Assembly (NCBI GenBank): GCA_030390025.1 | Contig: CM059432.1 | Span: forward strand, 89,220,001 to 89,284,000 | Reading direction: 5' to 3' | From: Squalus acanthias | Taxonomy: Eukaryota | Length of the DNA stretch: 64,000 nt | Shown: piece by piece, positions 1-12,879 of the stretch | Layout: each line of letters opens with the position of its first letter | Position numbering within the stretch: position 1 is the first letter of the stretch | Position numbers and translations under genes: made by a program | Notes under the pieces: generated by a model | Database searches by the model: none | The model's input: the letters and a program-made list of their open reading frames with translations, nothing else | What the model was told of the DNA's origin: nothing

Positions 1-24
1 AGAAGCAATATTAACTAAACAATA

Positions 25-178
25 CAATTTTAAAAGGGGTGCAGGAATAGAGAGACCTGGGGTTGTACGTGTAGACATCTTTGAAGGTGGCAGGCGAAGT
101 TGTGAAGGTTGTTAAAAAAAGCATACGGGATCCTTGGCTTTATAAACAGAGGCATAAAGTACAAAAGCAAGGACGTTA
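25..178 (+). mobile_element. CR1 LINE ORF2 C-terminal fragment (degenerate)
   Basis: Reads approximately LKGVQE*RDLG...LKVAG...KKAYGILGFINRGIKYKSK, matching the same segment of the CR1 at 5345-5614. Confidence 0.8.
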
Positions 179-528
179 GGTGTCAGTTGTGGCTAAGTTG
201 GTAGTGGTCTTGTCTCTGAGTCAGAAGGTTGTGGGTTCAAGTCCCACTCCAGAGACTTGACCACAAAAATCTAGGCTGACACTCCAGTGCAGTACTGAGG
301 TGCCGTCTTTCAGATGAGATGCTAAACTGAAGCCCTGTCTGCCCTCTCAGGTGGACGGAAAAGATCCCATGGCACTATTTAGAAGAAGTGCAGGGGAATT
401 ATCCCCGGTGCCCTGGCCAATATTTATCCCTCAATCAATCAAAACAGATTATCTGGTAAGTATCACATTTCTTTTTGTGGGAGCTTGCTGTGCGCAAATT
501 GGCTGCCACGTTACAACAGTGACTACAC
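179..528 (+). mobile_element. tRNA-derived Deu-domain SINE (SacSINE1-like), 3' tail truncated
   Basis: A box TGGCTAAGTTGG and B box GGTTCAAGTCC, followed by a Deu-like body (AAAGATCCCATGGCACTATT...GCTGTGCGCAAATTGGCTGCC...ACAACAGTGACTACAC). Confidence 0.8.
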
Positions 529-1516
529 CGGACGGACCACCTGGCAACGACCTCGGCACTGGCTACGGACATGGCAACGGCACACCCAGCTCAGTCGACC
601 CTGCAAAGTCCTCGCACCAACATCTGGGGACGTGTGCCAAAATTGGGAGAGCTGTCCCATAGACTAGTCAAGCAACAGCCTGACATAGTCATACTCACAG
701 AATCATACCTTTCAGCCAATGTCCCAAACTCCTCCATCACCATCCCTGGGTATGTCCTGTCCCACCGGCAGGATAGACCCACCAGGGGTGGTGGCACAGT
801 GGTATACAGTCGGGAAGGAGTGGCCCTGGGATTCCTCAACATTGACTCCGGACCCCATGAAGTCTCATGGCTTCAGGTTAAGCATGGGCAAGGAAACCTC
901 CTGCTGATTACCACCTACCACCCTCCCTCAGCTGATGAATCAGTACTCCTCCATGTTGAACACCACTTGGAAGAAGCACTAAGAGTAGCAAAAGCTCAGA
1001 ATGTACTCTGGGTGGGGGACTTCAATGTCTATCACTAAGAGTGGCTCGGTAGCACCACTACTGACTGAGCTGGCCAGGTCCTGAAGGACATAACTGCCAG
1101 TCTGGGCCTATGACAGGTGGTGAGAGAATCAACACGAGGGAAAAACCCACTTGACCTCATCCTCACTAATCTATCTGTTGCAGTTGCATCTGTCCATGAC
1201 AGTATTGGTAGCAGTGACCACCGCACAGTCATTGTGGAGACGAAGTCCCGTCTTCATACTGAGGACACCCTGCATCGTGTTGTGTGGCACTACCACCGTG
1301 CTAAATGGGATAGATTCAGAACAGATCTAGCAGCTCAAAACTGGGCATCCATGAGCAGCAGAATTGTATTCCACCACAACCTGTAACCTCATGGCCCAGC
1401 ATATCACTCACTCTACCAATACCATCAAGCCAGGGGACCAACACTGGTTCAATAAGGAGTGCAGAAGAGCATGGCAGAAGCAGCACCAGGCGTAACCAAA
1501 AATGAGGAGCCAACCT
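529..1516 (+). mobile_element. CR1-group (Zenon/Crack-like) LINE, 5' part with AP-endonuclease pseudogene
   Basis: NIWG..., ILTES, DRPTRGGG, GDFN and SDH APE motifs in ORFs 571..1038 and 1117..1386, interrupted by stop codons. Confidence 0.85.
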
Positions 1517-2687
1517 GGCTGCAGCATGGCTGGTGGAAGGCTGCTGACTTTCAGTGGGGGACACTACAAATGGCCTTGCTGGTCAACCTTGAGGAGCTGG
1601 TGGCTGGGAGTGTCAAATCAAGTGACGCTGTTTTTTCTTCTTTGTCTTCTTTTTCTTCTTCTTCTTCTTCTTCACATTCCTCTCCCTCTCCTTAGTCAAC
1701 CACTGGCTGGGCAGGCTGCATTTCTTGGGTGTGTGAAATGTGGAAGGCACAAGGGTGGTGTTGTGGTGATGGGAGGGCAGGAAAGCAAGAGGTGCATGCC
1801 AGAAGGAGGATAACGTATGAGGATATCAGCATCTTGTATCTTTTCAGCCCCGCTGCTGGCCAAGGGCTCAGCCATGCCCCTGCCAAGAATGGCCTGCACT
1901 GTCTCCTCTAAGGGGGTGAGGTGAGTCTAGGAATGGGAGATGTGCCTCGTGATTGGTACAGATTGTTGATAGGTGAGTGATTGGGGGGAGTCATGCATTC
2001 AGCAGTGTGTGAGGCTAGTGGTGCAGTTGGTAGGAGATGGCTTTTGAAGATGCATTCACTGACCTTGACCAGTGATCTGAGGTCATGAAGCTTCTTTGGG
2101 CACTGGAGCCAGGTGGTGGGGGCGACACTGCTGGCAGTGACAGCCTCGGTGATCTGGTCCCACATCGTTCTTTCTGGAGGGCCTCCTGGCCCCTGTGGGT
2201 TGAGAACCTCTCTTGCAGTGTTGACCCCCTGCACAAATCTGGAGTGCTGTGTGCGAGACCTTGGGTGCCCCTTCCCTGGCTTGCTGAGACATTTGTGTTA
2301 GTGCTGTAGCATTTTTCCCATTTTTTGCAGGAATTCAACTTTAAGAGCTGAAGACTCTCATTTGGGACTTGTTTTAATGTTAATTTTTTTTTAAGGCAGT
2401 AAGGGGTGAAAACAGCATTTTTTCACTTTATTTTTGTTAGTTCAGAATTTAGTTTCCCACAATGCATAATGAACTCTGTTGCCTCGCTCCCAGAGGCTGT
2501 TGGAAGTTGGAACGCTGCTCCTGGACGAGAACTTCGACTCCCATGCTCACACTAACACCAGGAGGGCGTTACATGCTAAGTTAGCGCTGGGCTAAAAATC
2601 TTTAGCCCCCAGCGCGAATTTTTCTCTGGTAGCGCTTCGTCCATTTTTAGCGGCCGTTAACCTCGTGGTGGCCATGAATTTCAACCC
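1517..2687 (-). mobile_element. PIF/Harbinger remnant with Myb/SANT-like gene fragment and one terminus
   Basis: ORF 1908..2234 contains MWDQITEAVTASSVAPTTWLQCPKKLHDL (trihelix W..QC.K..DL motif). 1517-1580 resembles 54593-54655. Terminus AATTTCAACCC ends at 2687. Confidence 0.75.
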
Positions 2688-2820
2688 ATAGTTTGTTGTC
2701 TTACACTGCAGTCTTTAAAGAACTTTTCAAGTTTTTACTTCATAAATCATTCTTTCTATTTACACAGAATATTTCTCCACATCCCAAAACATAACTATTT
2801 TCCTAGAAGACTGCTACGAA

Positions 2821-3583
2821 GGCCAGTAATTTCCTATCGGAGGCTTCCTGCGTGCAGGAGGCCTCCTATCGGAAAAAAATCTACGAACTTACCTGAGGGC
2901 TCCCGAGGTCCGGACACTTCCGCTCCTGGGCCTCTCCAAAGTCGAAATGAGCAGGGCCCAGGTATCCCAGAGGTGTATGTGGTTCGCAAGCATCCCTGGG
3001 ATCATGTGGGCCATGCCAGCCAATAGGAGAAGGGAATCTCCCTTCATACTTTTGACAGATAGACCTGTCAAATATATGAATGGAGCTCACCCCAAAAAGA
3101 CACTAAAACATTAAATACATTTTTAAAAACCATCACGTTTTTAAAATGAGTTAAAATTACATTAAATTAAATATTTTAAACAAAAATTTAATTTTTTGAA
3201 AAAAATAATTCAAGTTTTTTACGGGGCTAAAAATAAACGTACCTTTTTTAAAAGTATTTTTAAATTATAAATGAGTGAAAAGAAATTTTTTTTTTTACTT
3301 TTTTAAACTCTTATGCTGGTAAAAGCAGGCCTTACGCCTGCTTTTACCAGGCGTAAGATTTCTAAGGGTTTTCTGCGGGCAGAGGTTCTGCAGAAAGCGG
3401 AACTCTCCCCCCACAGAGGCCCTTCTCCAGGGCAGGTGTCCGATCTGTCAAGAGCATTCTTGACAGATCAGAAATGCCGGTTTTCAGCGCATGTGTTTCG
3501 CATGCTTGAAACCGGCATTTCCGATGTCCCTACGGGTGTGTACACAGCGTGTACCCATCCGTAGGCATCGGAAAATACGGGCC
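2821..3583. mobile_element. Harbinger-type MITE related to 11737-12479
   Basis: Imperfect TIRs GGCCAGTAATTTCC / GGAAAATACGGGCC, an AT-rich core, and the shared CCGGTTTTCAGCGCATG...AAACCGGCA motif. TSD not preserved. Confidence 0.65.
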
Positions 3584-3961
3584 ATTGTGTCTTGAGGGGT
3601 TTTCCCATTTCATATTTGCATCAAATTGTTCACTCACATTAGTTATTAAAGGACAACAGAACCCAAGAATGAGCACGAGTGAACACCACTGGCCTCATAT
3701 ACCAAACAGCCAAGGGGCATAACACAGCCAAGAAAAAGAAAACCTCAAGATCATGACTTCAGTTGTAGAATCTCTGCAGGGTCACTTCACAGAAGGTTAG
3801 TCATTTTTTTTTGCACCTGCTAAATACAAAGTCCCACATCAGTAACATGGGTCACCTGCATCACACCTTGACACAAGAGTAGACTGGAAGTAGGCTTAGC
3901 CACCTAAAGCGATTTTGATATAAAGATACAAAATGCAGGGAACATGAAAAGAAAAATGTTA

Positions 3962-3997
3962 AATTAACATTTTGATTGTAGAGTTTTCATCAGAATT
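3962..3997 (-). ncRNA. Degenerate Penelope-type minimal hammerhead motif
   Basis: Minus strand reads AATT CTGATGA aaactctacaatc AAAA TG TT AATT; the GAAA core is mutated. Confidence 0.4.
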
Positions 3998-4084
3998 CTT
4001 TTGATTTTCATCCTTTGCAAATTGACTTCAACTGAATGCAGAACGGCATTATATGGTTACAGTACTGTGTCAGTGTGAATTACT

Positions 4085-4350
4085 TGGCTGCAATCTCACC
4101 TCTGGGTCAAAAAGGTTGTGACTTTGAGTGCCTAATCAAAGTTGGCACTCCAGGGCAGTATTGAAAAGGGGTTGCATTGTCGGAGGTTTTGCCAATTCAG
4201 GTGTATATTGAAAACCCGATTGCACTGTTCAAAGAAGGACAAAATGTTCTCCTGGTATCCTCCCCAGCATTCCTCCCTCAACCAATACCAATCGAAAATA
4301 GACAAACTGATGGTTCATTTCATAGCTATTTGTGGCATGTTGCTGGCACA
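4085..4350 (+). mobile_element. Old, degenerate SacSINE1/Deu-type SINE
   Basis: Colinear similarity to 179-528 (ggcactccagggcagtattg...ttgcattgtcggagg...ccctcaacca...tttgtgg). Confidence 0.55.
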
Positions 4351-4840
4351 GAATAACTTCTGTGTTTGCACTTGTGTAAAGTTCTCCTCCATAGTTTAGC
4401 ACTCCGAGAAGAGCTTCTTCTGGTCCATATTTTAGATTCAGGATTGTGGCAAAAAGGAAAAATAATTGAAGGGAGTAATAGTTCTGGTCTACTCCAAACT
4501 GTTACCAAGTTCCCTGGAAGGAAAATCAATATAGCTCTTTGCCAAAAACACTCGCATCAAGACTTTTACTGAGCAATTGGTGGTGATTAAGCCTGATGCA
4601 CAGCATTGGACTTCAATATTTAGAGTATCAAGGTAGCTGGCATGCTGCAAGCTGCCTTGTATTGGTTCTTGCCATTCACGATTTATTGTGGATGATTCTA
4701 TTGATATCCTGACTTTGACTGCAATTTGGCTCATAGGTGATGCCACGTTGTGCCTTAACAAAACCTCCCTACCTGATTATAGCTTCCCACTACCTGTCCT
4801 GCCAAACCACTGGAGCAGTGGTCTGGCCCTCATTAACAAG

Positions 4841-7800
4841 TCATAGAGTCATAACGGCAAGAAGGAGGCCATTCGGCCCGTCGAGTCCATGCCAGCTCTC
4901 TGTAGAGCAATCCAGTCAGTCTCATTCCCCCGCTCTATCCCCGTAGCCCTGCAAGTTTATTTCCATCAAGTGCCTATCCAGTCTCCCCTTGAAAACATTC
5001 AGTGTCTCCGCTTCCACCACTTCCATCGGCAGCGAGTTCCAGGTCCTCACCATTTGCTGCGTAAAAAAGTTTTTCCTCACGTCCCCCCTGTATCTCTTGC
5101 CCAAAACCTTAAATCTGTGTCCCCAGGTCCTTGTACCATCAACTAGTGGGAACAGCCTTTCCCCGTCTAGCCTATACAAACCTGTCATAATCTTGTAAAC
5201 CTCTATCAAATCACCCTTCAACTCCTTTGCTCTAATGAAAATGAATCCAGCTTCTCTAACCTGTCCTTGTAGCTAAGATCCCCCATCCCCGGAACCATTC
5301 TGGTAAATCTCCTCTGCACCCTCTCAAGGGCCTTCACATCCTTCCTAAAGTGTGGTGACCAGCGCTTTATAAAGGTTCAGCATAACTTCTCTACTTTTGT
5401 ACTCAATACCTCTATTTATGAAGCCCAAAATCCCATATGCTTTGTTAACCAATCTCTCAATATGCCCTGCCACCTTCAGGGACCTATGCACATTAACTCC
5501 CAGGTCCCTCTGTCCCTGCACACTCTTTAAAACTGTGCCATTAAGTGTATATTGCCTCTCTCTGTTCCTTCTGCCAAAATGCATCACCTCACACTTCTCT
5601 GTATTAAATTCCATCTGCCACTTGTCTGCCCATTCTGCTAGCCTTTCTATGTCCTGTTGCAGTCAATTGGTATCATCCTCACTATTTGCCACATCTCCAA
5701 CTTTGGTGTCATCGGCAAATTTAGAAATTCTGCTCTGTATTCCAATATCCAGGTCATTTATATATATATCAAAAAAAGCAGTGGCCCAGCACTGACCCTT
5801 GGGGAACACCACTGTCTACCATCCTCCAGTCTGAAAAACAGCCATTTACCACAAATCGCTGTTTTCTGTCCTTAAGCCATTTCCTTATCCAAGCTGCCAC
5901 TGACCTATCTATTCCATGAGCTTCAATTTTGTTAACCAGCATTCTATGTGGTACTTTGTCAAACGCCTTCCGAAAATCCATGCAGACAACATGCATTTCA
6001 TTCCCTTCATCAATCCTCTCTGTTACTTCATCAAAAAATTCAAGTAGATTAGTCAAACACAATCTGCCTTTTACAAATCCATTTTGGCTCTCCTTAATTA
6101 GCTTAATCCTCTCCAAGTGCCCGTTAATTTTTTCCTTGATTATTGTTTCTGAAACTTTACCCACCACTGATGTTAAACTGACCGGCCTGCAGTTACTAGG
6201 TTTGTCCTGACACGCTTTCTTGAACAATGGTGTCACATTTGCCACTTTCCAATCCTCACACACCTCCCCCGCATCTAGGGAAGATTGGAAAATTATTGCA
6301 AGCCCTCCCGCTACCTCCTCCCCCAATTCCCTTAGCAACCTGGGATGCAAGCCATCTGGACCAGGCGACTTGTCCACTCAAAGCATACCCAGTCTTTCTA
6401 GTAAATCCAGCCTATCAATTTTCTACCTTTTCCACTTCTACCGATATTTTGTCAGCCTCCACCTCCTTAGTAAACACCAATACAAAGTGCTCATTGAGTA
6501 TTCTAGCCTTGCCCTCCGCCTCTAAGCATTTATCACCTTCTTTGTCTCTAATAGGCCCCACCCTGCCTCTTACTACCCGCTTACTGTTTACATGCCGGTA
6601 GAAGATTTTTGGGTTCCCTTTTATGTTAACCGCCATTCTACTCTCATATTCTCTCTTTGCCAATCTTATTTTCATCTTCACTTCCTCTCTCAACTTATTG
6701 TATTTGGTCTGGTTCTCCCTTTGAAGAATTCACTTGACATGCATCATACACCTTTTTATGTTTCATCATCCTCTTTATCTCCCTCGTCATCCAAGGAGCC
6801 CTTGCTTTGGTTCCCTTCCTTCTTGTTGAAATGTACCTAGCCTGTACTTGGAACATCTCCTCCTTAAAGATCACCCATTGTTCCATTACAGTTTTTCCTG
6901 TCAGTCTTTGGTTCCATTTTACCCTGGCTAGATCATTTCACATCCTATTGAAGTTAGCCCTATTCCAGTTTAGAAGTTCCACTCTAGATTGTTCCTTGCT
7001 CCTCTCCATTGCTAATCTAACTCTTGTGATACAATGATCATGCGTACCCAAGTGTTCTCCCACAGACACTTGGTCGACCTGGCCCACCTCATTCCCCAGC
7101 ACCAGATCCAGCAATGCTTCCTTCCTAGTTGGGCCAAGAACATATTGGTCAAGGAAATTCTCCTGAACACATTTCAGAAATTCCTCCCCCTCCTTTTCCT
7201 TTACCCTAGCATTATCCCAATCGATATTTGGGTAATTAAAGTCCCCCAATATCACCACTCTATAGCTCTTGCATATCTCTGCGATTTCCCTGCAGATTTG
7301 CTCCTCTACCTCCCTCTCACTATTTGGAGGCCTATAGAATACTCCCAGTAGTGTGATCATACCGTTTTTGCTCCTCAACTCTAACCAAATGGATTCTGTC
7401 CTTGTCCCCTCAAGAACATTCTCCCTTTCCAACACTACAATGTCTTCCTTAATCAGCACTGCTACCCCACCTCCCTTTTTCCTTCCCTATCTTTTCTGAA
7501 CACCTTGTACCCTTGAATATTAAGTGCCCAGTCCTCACCGTTTTTAAGCCACGTTTCCGTTATTGCCACAACATCATATTGCCACATGGCGAATTGTGCT
7601 TGTTGCTCACCAACCTTATTCACCACACTTTGTGCGTTTACGTACATGCATTCTAAACCTAATTTTGAATTTTTCGTAGTCTTTCTTAGTCTGTTCCTAT
7701 CTAATATGGTATTACTTCTGCCTCTAATACTACTTTCTTCTCTAGTACTATCCAAAACACTCACTCTTCTATGCACCTTATTCCTCTTTTCTACTCCTAT

Positions 7801-8590
7801 ATGCTGGTGCCCATCCCCCTGCCAAGCTCGTTTAAACCCTCCCCAACAGCACTAGCAAACCTCCCCGCGAGAATATTGGTCCCGACTCTATTGAGGTGTA
7901 ACCCATCCGGCTTGTACAGGTCCCACCTTCCTCAGAAACAGTCCCAATGCCTCAGGAATCTAAAGCCCTCCCTCGTGCACCATCTCTCCAGCCACGCATT
8001 CATCTGTTCTATCCTCCTATTCCTGTACTCACTAGCATGTGGCACCGAACTAATCCGGAGATTACTACCTTTGAGGTCCTGCTTTTTAATCTCTTTCCTA
8101 GCTCCCTAAACTCGGCCTGCAGGACTTTATCCCTCTTTCTGCCTATGTCGTTGGTACCGATATGGACAATGACCTCTGGCTGTTCACCCTCCCCCCTCAG
8201 AGTGTCCTTCAGCTGCTCAGTGACATCCTTGATCCTGGCACCAGGGAGGCAACATACCTTCCTGGAGTCATGTCTGCGGTCACAGAAACGCCTGTCTGCT
8301 CCCCTAACTATCGAATCCCCTACCACTATTGCTCTTCCACTCTTTTTCCTCCCCATCTGTGCAGCTGAGCCACCCGTGGTGCCATGGACTTGACTCTGGC
8401 TGCACTCCCCAGAGGAACCATTGCCCCCACCAGTACTCAGAACAGAATACTGGTTGGAGCGCGAGATGCACTCAGGGGACTCCGACATTACCTGCCTGGT
8501 CCTCCTCTTCTGTCTGGTCACCCAATCCCTCTCTGCCTGCATACTCTTTAGCTGCGGGGTGGCCACCTCTAGAAATGTGCTATCCACGTA
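4841..8590 (-). mobile_element. Near full-length CR1 LINE (ORF1 esterase, ORF2 APE-RT), pseudogenised
   Basis: ORF1 GDSIVRG/HIGTND (8009..8587); APE ITETW/GDFN (6938..7776); RT DFRKAFDKV/GVPQGSVLG (5769..6377); C-terminal RGH/WNSLP; 3' tail at 4841. Confidence 0.92.
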
Positions 8591-9019
8591 ACTCTACAAG
8601 TCATACCTTGGTCTTTGCCCCTGCTCCTCTTGCACCTACTCTTCCTTCAAGCACCTCACTCTATTACACCCCTTTCTCTTCTCCTTTAAAATCCTTACTG
8701 CCCACTGCCACCCCAAGTTTGTCCCCAATATATCCTCCCTCCTTTCCTTTCTTGGCCTCTATACTGGACAACTCATCTTCCTCAGTAATCACTATCTTAG
8801 CTCCCTACCCCAGCACTCTCTCCTCTGAATTCACTGCCCTCTGATCTCCCCTAAACTTCTCCCCCAGATAAATTCTCCCACTCATATTTATGGCCACCCT
8901 CTTCAACCTTAATATCTTAAGTAGCCACTTTACTCCTGTAGTTTTAATCACTAACAAGGCCATCTCTGAGCATTTAGTTGTATCCCTCACCATCCATATC
9001 CCCTTAGGGTTTCCAAACT

Positions 9020-9503
9020 GGTGTGTTAGTGCAGTGGTTATGTTACTGGACTAGTAATCCCAGGTTCAAGTGCCACTATGGCAGTTCGTGAGTTTGTACT
9101 CAGTTAAAAAAAAAAAAATCTGGAATAAAAAGCTAGTATTAGTAACAGTGACCATGAAGCTATTGGATTGTCATGAAAACCCAACTGGTTCACTAATGTC
9201 CTTTAGGGATGGAAATCTGCTGTCCTTATCTGGTCTGGCTTATAAGTGACTCCAGACACACAGCAATGTGGTTAACGCTTTGCCCTCTGAAATGGTCTAG
9301 CAAGCCGCTACAAAGTAGTATAATAAGAATAAAGCCAGATGGTCCACTCAGATTTGACCTAGGCATCGGATTCAGATTCAACAAAGGCACACCCAGCCTA
9401 GCTGATCCTGCAAAGTCCTCCTCACTAACATCTGGGGACTTGTGCCAAAGTGGGGAGAGCTGTCCCACAGCCTAGTCAAGCAACAGCCTGACATAGTCAC
9501 ACT
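9020..9503 (+). mobile_element. 5' end of CR1-group (Zenon-like) LINE with tRNA-like head; continues at 16402
   Basis: A-box-like TAGTGCAGTGG (~9027) and B-box-like GGTTCAAGT (~9063), then KVLLTNIWGLVPKWGELSHSLVKQQPDIV, cut at 9503. Confidence 0.8.
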
Positions 9504-9842
9504 GGGAGCAACAGCGAGAGTGGACCGACCTGTGAGCGAACAGGCGAGGAAGGAGCGAGGAAATAAAGCTCGAGGCCCAGACCGAGCTATTGCGAGCAAC
9601 AGTGAGAGCGGCCCTCAACAGGCATCATTCGAAAGTGACGCCAGAGTTTAAAAGTGATGTCAGCACAAGGGAAGGAGCTGATTGGTAAGTAGGACCTGGT
9701 GAGTATTTCTACAGTCCAGTCGTTAAAGTAAAAGTAAGATCTCTAGTTTAGAGTAAGTAGTGTTTAAAGTGAAGTAAGGTCCATAGTGTATTTAATATTC
9801 TTTAGTTTAAAGGAAGTAAAGGGAATAAATTAAGGGTAGGAC

Positions 9843-10765
9843 ATGGCAGGGCAGCTCGGCAGCGTGGAGTGCTCCTCCTGTGCTATGTGAGAAGTTAGGG
9901 ATACTTTCAGTGTCCAGGGCGAACACGTGTGCAGGAAGTGTCTCCAGCTGCAGCTACTCGAAATCCGTGTTTTGGAGCTGGAGCTGCGGCTGGAGTCACT
10001 GTGGAGCATCCACGAGGCTGAGATCTTCGTGGATAGCATGTTTAACAAGGTGGTCACACCGCAGGTAAAGAGTGCACAAGCAGACAGGGAATGGGTCACT
10101 GCCAGACAGAGTAAAAGAACTAGGAAGGTAGTGCAGGAGTCCCCTGGGTCAATCTCCCTCTCCGACAGATTTTCTGTTTTGGATACTGCTGGGGGAGATG
10201 GTTTCCCAGGGGAATGCAGCAAGAGCCAAGTCCGTGGCACTACGAGTGGCTCAGCTGCACAGGAGGGGAGGAAAAAGAGTGGGAGAGCAATAGTGATAGG
10301 GGATTCTATCGTAAGGGGAACAGATAGACGTTTCTGTGGCTGCAGACGTGACTCCAGGATGGTATGTTGCCTCCCTGGTGCCAGGGTCAAGGATGTCACT
10401 GAGCGGCTGCAGGACATTCTGAAAGGGGAGGGTGAACAGCCAGAGGTCGTGGTCCATATCGGTACCAACGACATAGATAGAAAGAGGGATGAGGTCCTGC
10501 AAGCAGAATATAGGGAGCTAGGAAATAAATTAAAAAGCAGGACCTCAAAGGTAGTAATCTCAGGATTACTCCCAGTGCCACGTGCTAGCGAGAGCAGAAA
10601 TAGGAGAATAGACCAGATGAATGCGTGGCTGGAGAGACGGTGTAGGAGGGAGGGATTTAAATTCCTGAGGCATTGGGACTGATTCTGGGGATGGTGGGAC
10701 CTGTACAAGCTGGACGGGTTACACCTCGGCAGAAACGGGACCAACATCCTCACGGGGGTTTGCTA
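9843..10765 (+). pseudogene. CR1 ORF1 (CxxC..CxxC zinc finger, leucine zipper, SGNH esterase)
   Basis: MAGQLGSVECSSCAM*...CRKCLQLQLLE...GDSIVRG...HIGTND...DGLH, with premature stops. Confidence 0.85.
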
Positions 10766-11736
10766 GTGCTGTTGGCAAGGATTTAAACTTGTTTGTCAGG
10801 GGGCTGGGAACCTAAGTGTGGGCCCAGAATGGAGAGAAACAAAGCTGGAAGTGCAAGTTAGAAAAGTAGTCAGCAAAATTAGTAGGGAGCAGAAACAAAG
10901 GCCAACAGTAAAGAGGGTCAAAGTGCAGAAAAATATTAAACAGGCAAAGTTGAAGGCACTTTATCTAAATGCACGTAGCATTCACAACAAGGTGGATGAA
11001 TTAATGGCACTAATAGAAGTAAATGGGTATGATGTAATTGCCATTACAGAGACATGGTTGCAGGGTAACCAAAGCTGGGAACTGAATGTTCCAGGGTACT
11101 CAACATTTAGGAAGGACAGACAAAAAGGAAAAGGAGGTGGCGTAGCGCTGTTAATAAGGGAAGAGATTGGTACGGTAGAGATAAAAGATCTTGGCTTGGC
11201 AGATCATGATGTAGAACTGGAATCAGTTTGGGTGGAGCTAAGAAACAGCAAAGGGCGGAAAACATTGGTGGGAGTTGTGTATAGGCCACCAAACAGTAAT
11301 GGTAATGTAGGGCACAGTATCAATCAAGAGATTAGAAGTGCATGTAACAAGGGCAATACAGTAATGATGGGGGACTTTAATCTACATATTGACTGGGCAA
11401 ATCAAGTTACCACTAATGGTGTGGAGGATGAATTCTTGGAATGCATGCAAGATGGTTTCCTGGATCAGTATGTGGTGGAACCAACCAGGGAACAGGCTAT
11501 TCTGGATCTGGTACTGTGTAATGAGAAAGGGCTAATCAATAATCTTGTGGTAAAGGGGCCTTTAGGGACAAGTGACCATAATATGACTGAATTTTACATT
11601 AAGTTTGAGAGTGATGTAGTCCAATCTGAAACTAAGGTCTTCAATCTAAACAGAGGAAACTACAAGGGTATGAGGGACAAGTTGGCCATGGTAGATTGGG
11701 AGACTACACTAAAAGGTATGAAGGTGGATATACAAT

Positions 11737-12479
11737 GGCCCAGAAATTGATCTCGCTCTGTTCCCGCGGGGGTAAGGCTTCCCCGCGATCTCTCACTCCG
11801 CTTGTGCTTTTTCAGATCCAGCTCGCACGAACTTGATGTTCCAGACATCAGCTGGGCAGTGCTTGCGTATCCCACCGGCGTAGTGAATTCGTGCGAGCTG
11901 TGGGATCACGTGATTCAGTTAGAGCCAATGGCAGCACACCATCTTCCATTCATAAGTTTCACTTACGTGCTGTGAAATCTATGAATCTTACACCCCCCAA
12001 AATAACAGCTAAACCTCAATTAAATTTAAAAAAACACCCATCACATTAATAAAATAAGTATAGTTAAATAAATTAACCATTTTAAATAAAAAATTAAATT
12101 TTTGAAAAAATTTAAAATCTTTTAAAAAGTTATAAAAATAAACTTACCTGTCTTTAAAGTCTCTAAAAAAGATATACCTGTTAAAAAAAATTCAAAAAAA
12201 TACTTAATTCACTACTTACCTTGTTAAAAGTGGGTCTTACTCCTCCTTTTTCCATTTCTACAATCTTCCGTACTTACCTGCGCGTCCAAAGCATGAAGTG
12301 CACAGCGTGCGCGCAGCCTGTAGCGCACACGCGATGCACCGAGGAACCGCCCCCTTTTCAAAAGACCAATTGCCGGTTTTCAGCGCATGCGCAGGGCATG
12401 CAGAAAACCGGCAATTGGAGAGAGAATACGCGAGAGTACGCAGTGCGTACTCTCGCGTCGCGGGATGAATTTTTGGCCC
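11737..12479. mobile_element. Harbinger-type MITE (743 bp), AAT TSD
   Basis: TIRs GGCCCAGAAATT / AATTTTTGGCCC, with AAT on both sides. An inverted sister copy lies at 37079-37820. Confidence 0.88.
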
Positions 12480-12879
12480 AATAGCTAACATTCAAGGAAA
12501 TAATGCATAATTTGCAACAAACATATATTCCTCTAGGGCATAAAAACCCAAAAGGAAAAGTGATCCAACCATGGCTAACAAAAGAAATTAAAGCTAGTAT
12601 TAAGTCAAAGGAGGAAGCTTATAAAGTTGCCAGAAAAAGCGGTCAGCCTGAGGATTGGGATCTTTTTAGAAATCAGCAAAGGGGGACCAAGAAATTGATA
12701 AAGAAAGAGAAAATGGAATATGAGCACCAACTAGCGAAAAATATAAAAACGGATTGCAAAAGCTTCTATAGATATGTGAAAAGGAAAAGACTGGCGAAGG
12801 TAAATGTAGGTCCTTTACAGTCAGAGACGGGAGAATTTATAATGGGGAATGAGGAAATGGCTGAGAAATTAAATAAATA

